Shown here in pieces: positions 30,758 to 41,045 of a stretch of 64,000 nucleotides of DNA (its first letter is position 1; each line of letters starts with the position of its first letter). Made by a program: the position numbers and the translations under genes. Below the pieces are notes generated by a model. That model searched no databases. It saw nothing but the letters and a program-made list of their open reading frames with translations, and was not told the DNA's origin. Source of the stretch: an uncultured delta proteobacterium (GTDB lineage Bacteria; Desulfobacterota; Binatia; UBA9968); assembly GCA_963745835.1 (NCBI GenBank), contig CAVUZH010000013.1, positions 640,001 to 704,000 of the forward strand. The letters run 5' to 3'.

Positions 30758-31717
30758 ATGCCTAAGTTCACGGAATCGCAAATCAAGGCGGCGATCTCTG
30801 CACGCGACAAGGAGACGCGTGCAGATTCGAAGCTCCGCAAGACGATGTTGGCTCGGATGCAGACGATGCAGCGCCAAGGAGAAAAAGCTCTCACTTCCTA
30901 TCTTAAGAAGACCGGGTTCGATTTCAAAGGCTACGACAGGATCAGTGCACAACAGCAGGCGGAGATGCACCGGCTCTTGAAGGAAGCGCAGAAAGCCGCG
31001 ATCAAACGGTCTTCCTCACGAAAAAAGGAGCTCGCGTACGGCGTTGAGAACTGGCGCAAGAACGTCGAACGGTTTCGCGACGCCACCCTCGTGTCCAAAT
31101 TCGTACCCGCCTTCGAGGTGGTGGATACTCCCTTCCTGATCTGGCCGACCAACAACCTGGAGCTTGAGGACTCGCATACCGAGCCGTGGAACAACACGGC
31201 AAAGGTTCGCGGTCTGTGGTCCGGCAGCACGGGAAGCGAAAACTTGCGGTTCATCTTCGTCTGGGAAAACCCGATCGACAAGTGGGCCGTCGTGAACGTC
31301 GAGTCGAATCTGGCTGTCAACGGCGCCTGTGATGCGTTCGCGGAAGGAGGATTTCTGGCAGGCAGCCTGAATAGCGTGTTTGTTCAAGCATCCCTGAACG
31401 TCTGGGAGTGGTGGAATAACCCACCGACCATGCTTTCGCCGCAGGCGACGCAAGCTCAAAGGGTTCTGGCCGTGGCGGCTAGCGGCGGAGGGCCTCTGAG
31501 TAATCTGGGCGGCGGCAGTGTTGATTCGAAGAGCGCAAGTGGAATCCATGATCTCAGGCGCACGTTGTTTTCGCTTCCCCCCAATGGTGTCGCGGTGTTC
31601 GAGGTTGCGTTGGAGTTTTTCTACGACAATACCGGCGGCGGCATGATCCAAGCGAACTTCGCAAGCGGTGACTTTGGGGTTAAGTGTCCTGCGGTGGTGA
31701 TTGCCGTTCTAAGTTAA
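30758..31717 (+). CDS. Hypothetical protein
   Basis: 319-aa ORF from ATG with GAGG upstream; helical basic N-terminus and beta-rich C-terminus. Confidence 0.75.
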   Translation: MPKFTESQIKAAISARDKETRADSKLRKTMLARMQTMQRQGEKALTSYLKKTGFDFKGYDRISAQQQAEMHRLLKEAQKAAIKRSSSRKKELAYGVENWRKNVERFRDATLVSKFVPAFEVVDTPFLIWPTNNLELEDSHTEPWNNTAKVRGLWSGSTGSENLRFIFVWENPIDKWAVVNVESNLAVNGACDAFAEGGFLAGSLNSVFVQASLNVWEWWNNPPTMLSPQATQAQRVLAVAASGGGPLSNLGGGSVDSKSASGIHDLRRTLFSLPPNGVAVFEVALEFFYDNTGGGMIQANFASGDFGVKCPAVVIAVLS

Positions 31718-32049
31718 CTGAAGACTCGCTCGTTCTCGCGTACCTCACGAAGTCGCAGCCCGCACCTGCGAGCTCTTCCGGGCTGTCCCGTCACGCCAAT
31801 GCCAACGTTCCGAGTTTTCGGGTCGGTGACGGTGGCAGTAGTCTTCGTTGAATTCTGTAATATCGATTGCTAACTGAGTCTTGTCAACATTGCAATTTGC
31901 GGCTTAGGCCGAATGAGGGAAGCGGGTCATCTCCCTAACGAACCGGCCGCTTATTTCGACCAATGAGTTTACTTCGGCGTAAAGTAGCTGCACTTTTTTA
32001 TTTCGTCCTATTTAGTCCCTCACACCGCGCTGCACACTACTCGACCGCG

Positions 32050-32538
32050 CTAATCAATGCTGACCCTTCGCCCAAAGAAAGTATCAGAAGCGATGGCCGG
32101 AGTATTCGAATCCAAGGGATCGTCATTGGGATTGAAAGCGCGCAACTCGAAGCTCCCTTCCATTTCGTCACACCTTTCAGCGAACCTCATGACGATATCG
32201 AGTCTGGAGATCTGCGACGGTGGAACACCACCGTTCACGGGAGTCTCTCTAAAGTTGAAGTCCAGGCCCCTCGCCTTCGCGTCCCGAGCGCCGCTTTTCT
32301 TCCACACACCTTGTATGTGGCTGAAGCCAAACGCCCTTTCTGCGGAGCTCGTAATCTGAAACCCACCGTCTTGTGACAGCGTCCAGAGGCTTTGAGTGCC
32401 ACTGCCTTCAACGACGAGATAAGTGCCGGGGAAACAGCCGCCCTGTGCTCCCGTATCGCGCGAGCTAGCGCTGGTCGAACTCAATAAGAAAGTCGCGATC
32501 GATAATACAAAGGCCAATATTATAAATCGGTATTTCAT
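32050..32538 (-). CDS. Secreted hypothetical protein (paralog of 39965-40444)
   Basis: Signal peptide; GGCFPGTYLVVEGSGTQSLWTLSQDG; AAGGAG RBS. Confidence 0.8.
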   Translation of the reverse strand: MKYRFIILAFVLSIATFLLSSTSASSRDTGAQGGCFPGTYLVVEGSGTQSLWTLSQDGGFQITSSAERAFGFSHIQGVWKKSGARDAKARGLDFNFRETPVNGGVPPSQISRLDIVMRFAERCDEMEGSFELRAFNPNDDPLDSNTPAIASDTFFGRRVSID

Positions 32539-32632
32539 GGTTCACTCCTTGCCGCGGTTATTCGTGCAGACTTCTCGGAACACGCGCTTCTAGCACAGGA
32601 TGCGCCCTCAAACAAATCCCGGACCGTGTTCG

Positions 32633-33033
32633 ACCAATCTCGACAATCAAAATCGGTGGAAGTGCGGATAGACGATCGCGGGCCGTTTACCAAAGCCCGG
32701 ATCATCGATCTCTCGCGGGCCGCGGCAAGCGCTCTGGGTATGTTGGAATCGGGAGTTAGCCCGGTGCGAATGGAATTGCTTTCGCCTGGCGAAATCTCAA
32801 GTGATCTGGTGTTGCAAAATAGCCAAGCACGTTCGGCAACAGACAGTGAGTAGATCTGATATTTACAGACCTTCCGATCGTTCAGGCATAGCCAAGTCCA
32901 AGTCATCTAAACCAGAGCCCCCGTAACCGCGTAGGTTTTTTTCTTCCGTTCACTGCTTCATTCGACACCGCAGAAATACCGGCATAATTTGGGAAAGCGA
33001 TCGGACAGCCGGCGGGCTAGCCCAACCTGACCC
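32633..33033 (+). repeat. rlpA-tail repeat, copy C (about 220 nt of rlpA coding sequence plus downstream DNA)
   Basis: KSVEVRIDDRGPFTKARIIDLSRAAA matches rlpA from 27151; ends CCTGACCC. Confidence 0.92.
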
Positions 33034-33136
33034 GTGTGGTTCGGGTATGCGCGGTTATGGATTTGACATCACCTAACGGCGATCAAGTGCGCCAGGGAAG
33101 AATGCCCGACCGTTGTTTCACTGATGCCGAAGTAAT

Positions 33137-33607
33137 TTAGAAAAGCCCACCGGTACGAATAGCAACTCCGGCCACGAGAAAACCGATAGAGATCAACGTG
33201 ACCAGGACGATATGGGATGCAAGCACATGCATGTTATCGCGGTTGATCCTGGGAATCACGCGAAATTTCGCGTTCAATGCCAAACCAAGGGTCGTCATCA
33301 AAAGCACTAATTTTATGAAAATGTAGATTGAGGCATTAGAATCAAGCCTAAACCAGGCGCTGCTCTCCGGCAGCCAACGATAAGCGAGTAAAAGTCCGGT
33401 AACCACTTGAAGACCGAGCGACGGTAGACCGATCCATTCAAATCCTTTCTCAAAATCGAGGATGATAGCCGGCTCGCGATGACGTAGTGCTCGGGGAAGA
33501 ATGGTCGCGGCCAGGACGAGGTGCCCACCGATCCAAACCGAGGCACCAATGAGATGGAGCGCGATTAGAATCCGGTACAAAATAGGCGATGCGTGGAAGT
33601 CAAACAT
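33137..33607 (-). CDS. CopD-like four-helix membrane protein
   Basis: LHLIGASVWIGG; four hydrophobic helices. Confidence 0.75.
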   Translation of the reverse strand: MFDFHASPILYRILIALHLIGASVWIGGHLVLAATILPRALRHREPAIILDFEKGFEWIGLPSLGLQVVTGLLLAYRWLPESSAWFRLDSNASIYIFIKLVLLMTTLGLALNAKFRVIPRINRDNMHVLASHIVLVTLISIGFLVAGVAIRTGGLF

Positions 33608-34006
33608 TGTGAAAGATGCTCAATGAAGTGCCGACGTTATCGAATCTAAGTCATGGCTGCAATAATTTAGTTGTCCCTTCCGATTCCTTCCTGCGCTACG
33701 ATCGCGCCCTGCGTTACCGATCGACGAAATCCGTCAGTGCGCTTACCTGCCATTCACGACCACAACGCGATTGGGGCTTGACCGCTGGCTGCTGCTGGGG
33801 CACGCCGTGGAAAAGCGGCCGCCTGTTTCGTAGCCTTCGGACCGCGGAAACAACTTGAGCGGCATTGATTCAAAGGACTAGAGAGGCTAAAACTTGGTTG
33901 GCATAATCAGTTCTCCTACAGAATGCTGTGACCAGATAGGCGACTAAGCGTCAGACTTAATTTCTATTTGCTATCAGCGACTTCATAGACAGAAAGAAGA
34001 AGCAAA

Positions 34007-34264
34007 ATGGATTTCGAAAAAGCAAAGCTGAATCCCGCAGCCATTTTTAAGAGCCCTCAAGAAGTGGTTTCAAGTCAAGAATTGTCGCGCCAGCAAAAAA
34101 TTGAAATCCTCCGGCGATGGGAACAGGACGCGACGTTGATGGAAGTCGCGGAGGAAGAAGGCATGCCCGGCCCGCAACCCAAACTGCTACAGCCGATCCG
34201 CGACGCTCTGCACGCCCTCGATTATTGGCCGGATACTGAGAACTCGGGCCCCAGCAAAGCCTGA
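34007..34264 (+). CDS. Conserved-looking small hypothetical protein
   Basis: KAKLNPAAIFKSPQEVV...KIEILRRWEQDA...EEGM. Confidence 0.7.
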   Translation: MDFEKAKLNPAAIFKSPQEVVSSQELSRQQKIEILRRWEQDATLMEVAEEEGMPGPQPKLLQPIRDALHALDYWPDTENSGPSKA

Positions 34265-34396
34265 GAAGCGAACCCCAAGAAAGTCGCGATGCTCAAAGCA
34301 ACTCCGTTCAACCTTACCCTCAATGCTCCCCTCAATGTCTCATTCAGGCGCGTCTGTTAAGTCAGGGTTAACCCAAATCCGCAGTTTTACTTCCGC

Positions 34397-34425
34397 TTGA
34401 CACGGTGAGCCGCCGTGCTTACCTT
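34397..34425 (+). promoter_or_regulatory. Sigma70-type promoter of hsp20
   Basis: TTGACA-17 nt-TACCTT, about 40 nt before the ATG. Confidence 0.55.
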
Positions 34426-34465
34426 CCCGTTAGCTTAAAGAAGAGGTTAAAAAGGAGTGCTAATT

Positions 34466-34912
34466 ATGGAACTAGTAAGATGGGAGCAGGTTGAGGGTGT
34501 AAACAGAATTCAGTCGCGAATCAACGAGCTATTCGAAGACGCATTGGGTCGCACACGGGCGCAACAGAGCGCTGCCGCTGGAGTCTGGTATCCTCCCGTG
34601 GACATTCTTGAAAGTAAGGATTCGTATCTCATTCGCGCCGAGCTGCCCGGGATGAGAAACGAGGATCTCAAAACGGAAGTAAACGATGGGATATTGACAC
34701 TCAGTGGCGAGAGAAAGCTTGAAGAGCCGGCCACTGGGGTCGAGTACCACCGGGTTGAGCGGGTTACAGGTAAATTTTCTCGATCCTTCTACGTGCCGCA
34801 AACCGTGAAACACGATGGCATCAAAGCGACCTATCGAGACGGAATACTCGAAGTACAAGTTCCCAAAGCCGATGAGGCCAAGCCAAGAAAGATCGCTATA
34901 AGCCTGAACTGA
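34466..34912 (+). CDS. Hsp20/alpha-crystallin small heat-shock protein
   Basis: PPVDILE, AELPG, GKFSRSF, ATYRDGILEVQVPK. Confidence 0.95.
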   Translation: MELVRWEQVEGVNRIQSRINELFEDALGRTRAQQSAAAGVWYPPVDILESKDSYLIRAELPGMRNEDLKTEVNDGILTLSGERKLEEPATGVEYHRVERVTGKFSRSFYVPQTVKHDGIKATYRDGILEVQVPKADEAKPRKIAISLN

Positions 34913-34938
34913 TTCCGCAGAACCGTCAAACAGAAACT

Positions 34939-34971
34939 CAGGGGGAAAGCCAAGCGCTTCCTCCCTGTTTT
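34939..34971 (+). terminator. Rho-independent terminator
   Basis: CAGGGGGAAAGC...GCTTCCTCCCTG followed by TTTT. Confidence 0.6.
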
Positions 34972-35035
34972 CTCGCTAGCATCCCGTATACCTCAACGTA
35001 GCCCCTGCATGATCTTGACAACCTTGCAGGTTCGA

Positions 35036-35268
35036 TCAGCAAGTGGACGTTGATTGCTCATCAGCACTTAGCAATAAACCTAAGCCGTGGCGCTGCCGGT
35101 ACTCCTCCAGTTCCTTCCAAATAGAATTCCCCGTCGCGTCGCTGCGGAAGATTACCTGCGCTGATTGCCTCGGCATAACCTGGTAAAACGCTCCCGCATA
35201 TTCAACCCTCGGCCATTGCGTCCCTATTTGAGAGGTTACCTCAATAAGCAATACGAAAGCCTGACACC
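35036..35268 (-). pseudogene. Y1/RAYT transposase N-terminal remnant
   Basis: RVEYAGAFYQVM..R..Q.IFRSDA; end motif AAAGCCTGACACC. Confidence 0.65.
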
Positions 35269-35338
35269 AAAATCCTTAGCCGGTTTTCTTCGACGGCCGT
35301 CGGGCATACAACTAGTAACAAAAGATTGACCCCTTTGG

Positions 35339-35997
35339 TTGGTTTCTGGCCGCAGTGGCCAAGAATACAATCAGCGCAAAGGATGCCACGGCGCATTCTG
35401 GGAAGACCGCTATCATGCCACGGCCATCGAGATTAACGAGCACCTTCAACGTTGTCTTGCTTACATCGATTTGAACATGGTTCGCGCCCGAGTCGTTACG
35501 CACCCCTGTAATTGGACACACAGCGGTTATCGAGAGATTCAGAAACCCCCGAAGCGGTACGGAATTATCGATCTACGGGAGTTAAGTTCGTTATGTGGAT
35601 TTGCTGGCGTCACCGATTTTCAACAAGCCCCCTGCAGAAGCGGTTGTCGCGGCATTCGCATTCGAGACTTACCGAATTCGGTTCTTGGAACGATTGGAAA
35701 TGAGCGTAGCGATTGAACGGCTGGAACGGTTTGAACCAACCGTTTTTGGTCCGAAGCGATCGCGGTCGGCAATTTGAATTTTGTTGAGAAGGTGCAGAAC
35801 CAAACTCGGATACAAAGCGGCGCATCGCGAAGTCATTGAAAGTGGCGGTACATATGAGCTCCCGGAGCAGACTGAAAGTTATGGGTCCAATTTTAGCGGT
35901 CAAAATGAGGCGCTAAGATCGGAAAACACTAGATTGTGGAACGAAAATTCTGAACTTACTGCAACTTAGCTTGGTCCTACCCCGAAGTTCTGACCCC
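35339..35997 (+). pseudogene. Y1/RAYT transposase C-terminal remnant
   Basis: GAFWEDRYHATAIE...YIDLNMVRA..V.HP..W.HSGY; interrupted by a TTGAAC repeat; ends TTCTGACCCC. Confidence 0.75.
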
Positions 35998-36017
35998 GTA
36001 AATGAGTGTACTGACAC

Positions 36018-39000
36018 TCAGCTTTCAGCGGAAGCATTCCCATTCTTGGTCTGTGGCATCATCGAGCCGCCAGTTCGCACAGTTAACAGAGCTTCGAGTT
36101 TCTCAAAGTCCACCGGCTTTAGGAGATGCGCATCAAAACCGGCTTCGCGCGCACGCTCTTCATCCCGGGCGTAGCCGCTGATCGCGATCAATAGACATTT
36201 GTCCAGTCTCGGGTTTTGACGTATTGCCCTTGCAACACTATAACCGTCGAGTACGGGCAGTCCGATATCACAAAGCACGACATCAGGCCGAAACCGCTGT
36301 GCCGCGTTGATTCCCGCCGCTCCGTCATGCGCCGTTTCTAGAGTGTGGCCAAGGTTTTCCAGAACCATACGCATGCTATACGCACCGGCTAGATTGTCCT
36401 CGATCACAAGAATCCGGCGTCGAACCGGCTCGGGCGTATTGACGCGTACCACCGCAGTCGACGGAGCGTGGTTCTCGTCAAGCGGAAGCCGAATCGTAAA
36501 CTCCGAGCCCTGTCCCCGGCCCGCGCTTGCTGCCGCCACTTCACCGCCATGGAGCTCCACAATCCCTTTAACCAGCGCTAGGCCGAGTCCTAATCCACCG
36601 CGGCTCCGATCCACACTCTCGTCAACCTGTCTGAAAGGCTCAAATACCCAACCGAGCACTTCCGGGTCCATTCCCATCCCGTTGTCCCGCACTTTTATAA
36701 TAGCGTGGGTCTGGTTTTCAGCGTCCAAACTGACCCAGACCGTCCCACCCGGCTCTGTGAATTTACAGGCGTTCTGCAACAGATTGTTAAGCGCTTGTGC
36801 AAGGCGGGTAGAATCCGCTGCCGTTCGTAGCGGCTCATCAGCTAGAGTGAGTTCAACTCTTAAGTCATTCTCTCTCAATTCGCGAACGTAATCCTCGGCG
36901 GTTTTCTGTACGATATCGCGCAAATCGCATGGGCCCTTGACCAACTGAATCTTTCCGCGCGACAAGCGTGAGACATCTAGCAGATCATCGAGCAGACGGG
37001 AGGTGTGAGTCACTTGTCGTGCGATCATCTCTCGCAACTCGATAACTTTCGGATCTGGCGGACCAAGCTTACGCAACAGCTGGACGCCGCTGCTGATGAT
37101 CCCCAAAGGATTCCGCAACTCGTGTCCCAACATCGCCAGAAATTCGTCCTTGCGTCGGTCGGCCTCTATCAAAGCTGCTTCGGCAGCCTTTTGAACTGTC
37201 ACGTCCCTGCCGTATAAATTCGCGTATTGACGGTCGAGGATAGGAACCACGAGGAACGAGAACAGCCGTTCGCCAAAGTACATTTCCAGTTCGCGTCGGT
37301 GCCCATCGCGTAGCGCCTGAGAGACTGCTTCCGCAAGGGCCGTAGGTAGTTGCTCACGATTGGCGCTCGGGAGTTCTGCCAATGCCTTTTCGGCGGCAGG
37401 GTTAAAGTACATCACCACTCCCTCAGGGTTCGCACGCAGGACCGGCGCCGGGTCTTCCAAAGGGAACCGCGCTAAGTGGTCCAATGCCTCTTCCGCGCGC
37501 TTTCGCTTGTCTATGTCGGTTATAACCGCCACCCATCCGTTCACTGCTCGATCTGCCGCATACGTCGGAGAGTAACTGGCGTGTATCCAGCGGCGGCCTA
37601 ATCTCATTTGCCATTCAGTCTCAAACTCGATTAGCTGACCGGACAACACAGCACGAATACGAGGCTCGATCAGCGCATAGAGTTCGGGATCCAAAATTTC
37701 TTTTACCGAGTGGCCGACGATCTCGGATGGAGACTTTCCGAGCCATTCGCAAAGGCGCTTGCCGACCCAGAGATGTTTCTGGTTCTTGTCAAGGCGCGCA
37801 ACCCCCACCGTCATAGTGTCCGTAACTATTCTGAGCTCCGCGTTACGCTGGGTCAGATTGTCCCGTACCTCCTGGAGGCTTATTTCGAATCGATCCCGCT
37901 CCGCGTCGGCTTTGTCGCGCTCCGCCTTAGTCGTTTGAAGCAGAGCGGACGCTTCCGCCATGGCACTGGTAATGAGATTGACCTCTGTCACAGGCGCTGG
38001 GGCGACAATCTCGACTGGTTTCCCCTTGCCTATCGTATGTGCAAGATCGATAAGATAAGTTGTGCAGTGGCGCACGAGCCGTCCATAGAAGGTGATCAAG
38101 AAAAGACCCGTTGCGCCAGCTACCACTCCAATGAGTGATATAAACCAGACGGAGTTTAGGAGAGTTCTGGACATCTCACTCTGGGGCACGATTATTCCGA
38201 CGTAGAAACCTGAAATGGGCGCTTTGACGAACGCGCCGTAAGAGTCGACACCGCCCCGGTTTGGACCGGATATCCAGGCTGCATCAGCCTTATCGGGGAT
38301 TTGCGAGATCAGAGGACCTGGTTTGCGTCCGCGGTTGGCTTCACTGTTCGCTGTGCTGCTTGCAATTTGTACACGCTCTCGATCAAAAACCGCTGCATAC
38401 CAACCATCGTTTAACCGCTGTTCATGCAGAATCTGGTCTATGCGAACGGCATCGATCGTTGCCGTGAGGACATATTTCAACTCGCCTTCCCGAAGCACTG
38501 GAACGCGGACTCCAATTGTCGGCCCAGTGACCGGCCCAACGAAGTAATTCATCACTGTAGGTCGGAGAGTATTTATAACCTCATCGAAACTTGCAGGCTG
38601 GACGGTTTCAGGGCGTGGCGTGCCAAACGCGAAAGAAGAATGGAAAATGTCCTTGCCGGAGGCATCTCGCATGATCACTGTTCGCCATCCCGGCTGGCTC
38701 GGCAAAATGCTAATCACGTTCTGATGAAGATCCCTAAGATTTTCTTGATCGATCAATCTGGAGGTCGCGAGAGCTTCCAGTGTCCTGATGCTAGCCTGCA
38801 GCTCGCGATCAACCGCACCTGACAAGGCCCGCGCTGTATCCTCCAGGCCCGTTTTTGCGCTCCGAAACTCAGCGCGACCGACGTAAAAGACGGCCATGGC
38901 CGTCAGAATGATGAGGGGAATCGCTGTCCCAAAGAAAATTAATAGGAAGTGGGTACGAACGGAACGGACCCGCGACAACCTGAGCATTGAAACTCCCTGG

Positions 39001-39038
39001 GGGCGACAACCACTCGCCGCGCGGTCGAAAGAGAACAT
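36018..39038 (-). CDS. Hybrid sensor histidine kinase (Cache-PAS-HisKA-HATPase-REC)
   Basis: Two TM helices; LAMLGHELRNPL; NACKFT, GLGLGL; LVIEDN...CDIGLP...KP. Confidence 0.95.
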   Translation of the reverse strand: MFSFDRAASGCRPQGVSMLRLSRVRSVRTHFLLIFFGTAIPLIILTAMAVFYVGRAEFRSAKTGLEDTARALSGAVDRELQASIRTLEALATSRLIDQENLRDLHQNVISILPSQPGWRTVIMRDASGKDIFHSSFAFGTPRPETVQPASFDEVINTLRPTVMNYFVGPVTGPTIGVRVPVLREGELKYVLTATIDAVRIDQILHEQRLNDGWYAAVFDRERVQIASSTANSEANRGRKPGPLISQIPDKADAAWISGPNRGGVDSYGAFVKAPISGFYVGIIVPQSEMSRTLLNSVWFISLIGVVAGATGLFLITFYGRLVRHCTTYLIDLAHTIGKGKPVEIVAPAPVTEVNLITSAMAEASALLQTTKAERDKADAERDRFEISLQEVRDNLTQRNAELRIVTDTMTVGVARLDKNQKHLWVGKRLCEWLGKSPSEIVGHSVKEILDPELYALIEPRIRAVLSGQLIEFETEWQMRLGRRWIHASYSPTYAADRAVNGWVAVITDIDKRKRAEEALDHLARFPLEDPAPVLRANPEGVVMYFNPAAEKALAELPSANREQLPTALAEAVSQALRDGHRRELEMYFGERLFSFLVVPILDRQYANLYGRDVTVQKAAEAALIEADRRKDEFLAMLGHELRNPLGIISSGVQLLRKLGPPDPKVIELREMIARQVTHTSRLLDDLLDVSRLSRGKIQLVKGPCDLRDIVQKTAEDYVRELRENDLRVELTLADEPLRTAADSTRLAQALNNLLQNACKFTEPGGTVWVSLDAENQTHAIIKVRDNGMGMDPEVLGWVFEPFRQVDESVDRSRGGLGLGLALVKGIVELHGGEVAAASAGRGQGSEFTIRLPLDENHAPSTAVVRVNTPEPVRRRILVIEDNLAGAYSMRMVLENLGHTLETAHDGAAGINAAQRFRPDVVLCDIGLPVLDGYSVARAIRQNPRLDKCLLIAISGYARDEERAREAGFDAHLLKPVDFEKLEALLTVRTGGSMMPQTKNGNASAES

Positions 39039-39556
39039 CGCACCTGCGATCTTTAGAAGTGTTAAAGAAAAATCCAGCGTAGTGGAATGATTTTCGGCTC
39101 CTGTTAGCTATCGCGCCCCGCCCCCGGGTTGTCAAGCACAATCTGAGACGGTGAAGAGTACCGGGTCTTTGTGGTCGAATATTGCCGCCATCTTCCCCCG
39201 TTCGGAAGCTACGCGGCAACGCCTCTGAATGCTATCGCGTCATAGAAGAATGACAATGATGACTACCTCGTGATGGTTTGGATCAGCATGGGCTTCGCGC
39301 TCTCTCTACTTCCGTAAACGCCGCTTATCCGCACGACAGCGGCCTGGATGGCTATGGCTGCCATAACAACACCAAAAGCAGGCGGCTATCAATGTCACCG
39401 TGGACCCTTAGCTGGTGAGGTCTTTGCCAGCAAGCGGAGATGCTTGAGCGGCTCAAGAGAATCAGCAGTACGGTAGAGGCCGCACCTGATAAGCGGCGTC
39501 GATAGGCGGACCACATTTCTGCTTGACGCCTTCTGCTGACTGAATATGGGCGGTTG

Positions 39557-39738
39557 ATGCCGAAATACATCAGTCTACTCCGCTGGCTTCTGCTAACCTT
39601 AGCTGCGAGCCTATTCACCACCTCACCCCCTACCCGTGGGGCAGCAAAGGACATGAAATTATCGCCGCTATCGCAGAGACTCACCTGACCGACACCGCAC
39701 GCAAACGCATCAAAGAACTACTTCGTAATCACAGATGA
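39557..39738 (+). pseudogene. Truncated S1/P1 nuclease N-terminus
   Basis: Signal peptide, then after a frameshift WGSKGHEIIAAIAETHLTDTARKRIKELL, then stop. Confidence 0.7.
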
Positions 39739-39964
39739 TCGGGTCGCCCATTAGCAGGCAGGTCACCGAAACAACCGCGGGCGAATGTGGTATAGGCCGG
39801 GCCGTGATCACAATGCTTATCGGACGAGAAGTGCTTGACAGAATTTTTTGAAAAAAGGGATATTACAAGCGGCGACTAAACTCTTGACGTGTTTGCTCAA
39901 TTTTTTGATCTTACGACAACAAACAACTGTCCTATGGAGAAGGGCAACTATCATAGGAGGTTTT

Positions 39965-40444
39965 ATGACATCGCAGGTTCGTACGGCTTTGTTATCCTTT
40001 ATCCTAACACTGAGTGGCATCCTGACCGTGACCGCTTACGCCGACGCCGATGGCGGCTGCTTTCAGGGAACCTACTTTGTCAGAGAGAGCAGCGGCACGC
40101 AGAGCCTATGGACGTTTTCACAAGATGGTACTTATCAAAGCGCCAGCTCGGCGGAAGTGGGCCGGAGTTTTGGTCACATACAGGGCGCCTGGAAAAAGAC
40201 CGGGGCTCGAGAACTGCGCTCGACAGGTTTGGCTTTTACTTTTAGTGGCGGCAACGGCGACGTAGGCGTTCCGCCGCTTCGGACCGCTCGGGTTGATGCC
40301 GTTATGTCATTCACAAATAAATGTGAGGAGGTGGAAGGAACCTTTGAGGTTCGCTTCTTTGGCCCGGACGCCGATCCCGTCTCGGAGCCCGGCGAGTTCG
40401 TCTTTTCCGACACCTTTACCGGGCGCCGTGTCACGGTTAATTAG
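39965..40444 (+). CDS. Secreted hypothetical protein (paralog of 32050-32538)
   Basis: AGGAGG RBS; GGCFQGTYFVRESSGTQSLWTFSQDG. Confidence 0.8.
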   Translation: MTSQVRTALLSFILTLSGILTVTAYADADGGCFQGTYFVRESSGTQSLWTFSQDGTYQSASSAEVGRSFGHIQGAWKKTGARELRSTGLAFTFSGGNGDVGVPPLRTARVDAVMSFTNKCEEVEGTFEVRFFGPDADPVSEPGEFVFSDTFTGRRVTVN

Positions 40445-40503
40445 TTTCGCTGCAAGTGCTAAGTTCTACGGCTCGCCACTGCTGCTTCACAAAGGTGTTA
40501 GTG

Positions 40504-40989
40504 ATGCTCGCGAAGCTCCGATTCTCAACCATACAGACCGGTCTCGTACTCTTCTGGGCGATCTGGCTGACCCTCGTAACCCTCACGAACTTCGCTGATG
40601 CGATGAGGCAGCTGGACGTGCTCCCCAGTGATTTCAAGCTCGCCTCTTACAATTTTGATCTTGTGAAGAAGACGGTCGGCGCTCATGGGATACCGACGAG
40701 CGTCGCGGGCGTGCTTTTCGCCGGAGTTATTTTGTGGGAGTTGCTCGGCAGCATCCTGTTCTGGCGTGCATGGCGAGTTATGCGGCGTCACGGGAACGGC
40801 GCGGCTCCAGAAGTCGCGCAGGCGTTTGCAGTCAGTCTCGCTCTATGGGCTGCCTTTCTGATTGCCACGGAGGCGACGGTGAACTACGAGACCGCCGCGA
40901 CGCACAAGACAACCCTGATCGCGCAACTTGCAAGCCTCCTCGTGGTTCGCGCCAGCGCTTCGCCCACGAAGTCTGAACAAGCGGACTAG
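40504..40989 (+). CDS. Hypothetical membrane protein
   Basis: Three to four hydrophobic segments. Confidence 0.7.
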   Translation: MLAKLRFSTIQTGLVLFWAIWLTLVTLTNFADAMRQLDVLPSDFKLASYNFDLVKKTVGAHGIPTSVAGVLFAGVILWELLGSILFWRAWRVMRRHGNGAAPEVAQAFAVSLALWAAFLIATEATVNYETAATHKTTLIAQLASLLVVRASASPTKSEQAD

Positions 40990-41045
40990 CTGACTTCAGA
41001 GGAGCGTGTGACTTTCCGACTACGCCCTTCTCTGAGGGTCGTAAC

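Noticed and set aside
32633-32853. rlpA copies as DGR template repeats or a second functional rlpA
   Set aside because: No reverse transcriptase is present, differences are not adenine-specific and include indels, and the fragments lack the N-terminal part of the domain.
33690-33858. Tyrosine recombinase fragment (LDRWL...SGRLFRSLR)
   Set aside because: Too short, needs a frameshift and shows no catalytic residues.
34430-34463. CIRCE element before hsp20
   Set aside because: GAGTGCTAA is a perfect right half-site, but there is no left half at 9-nt spacing and it overlaps the RBS.
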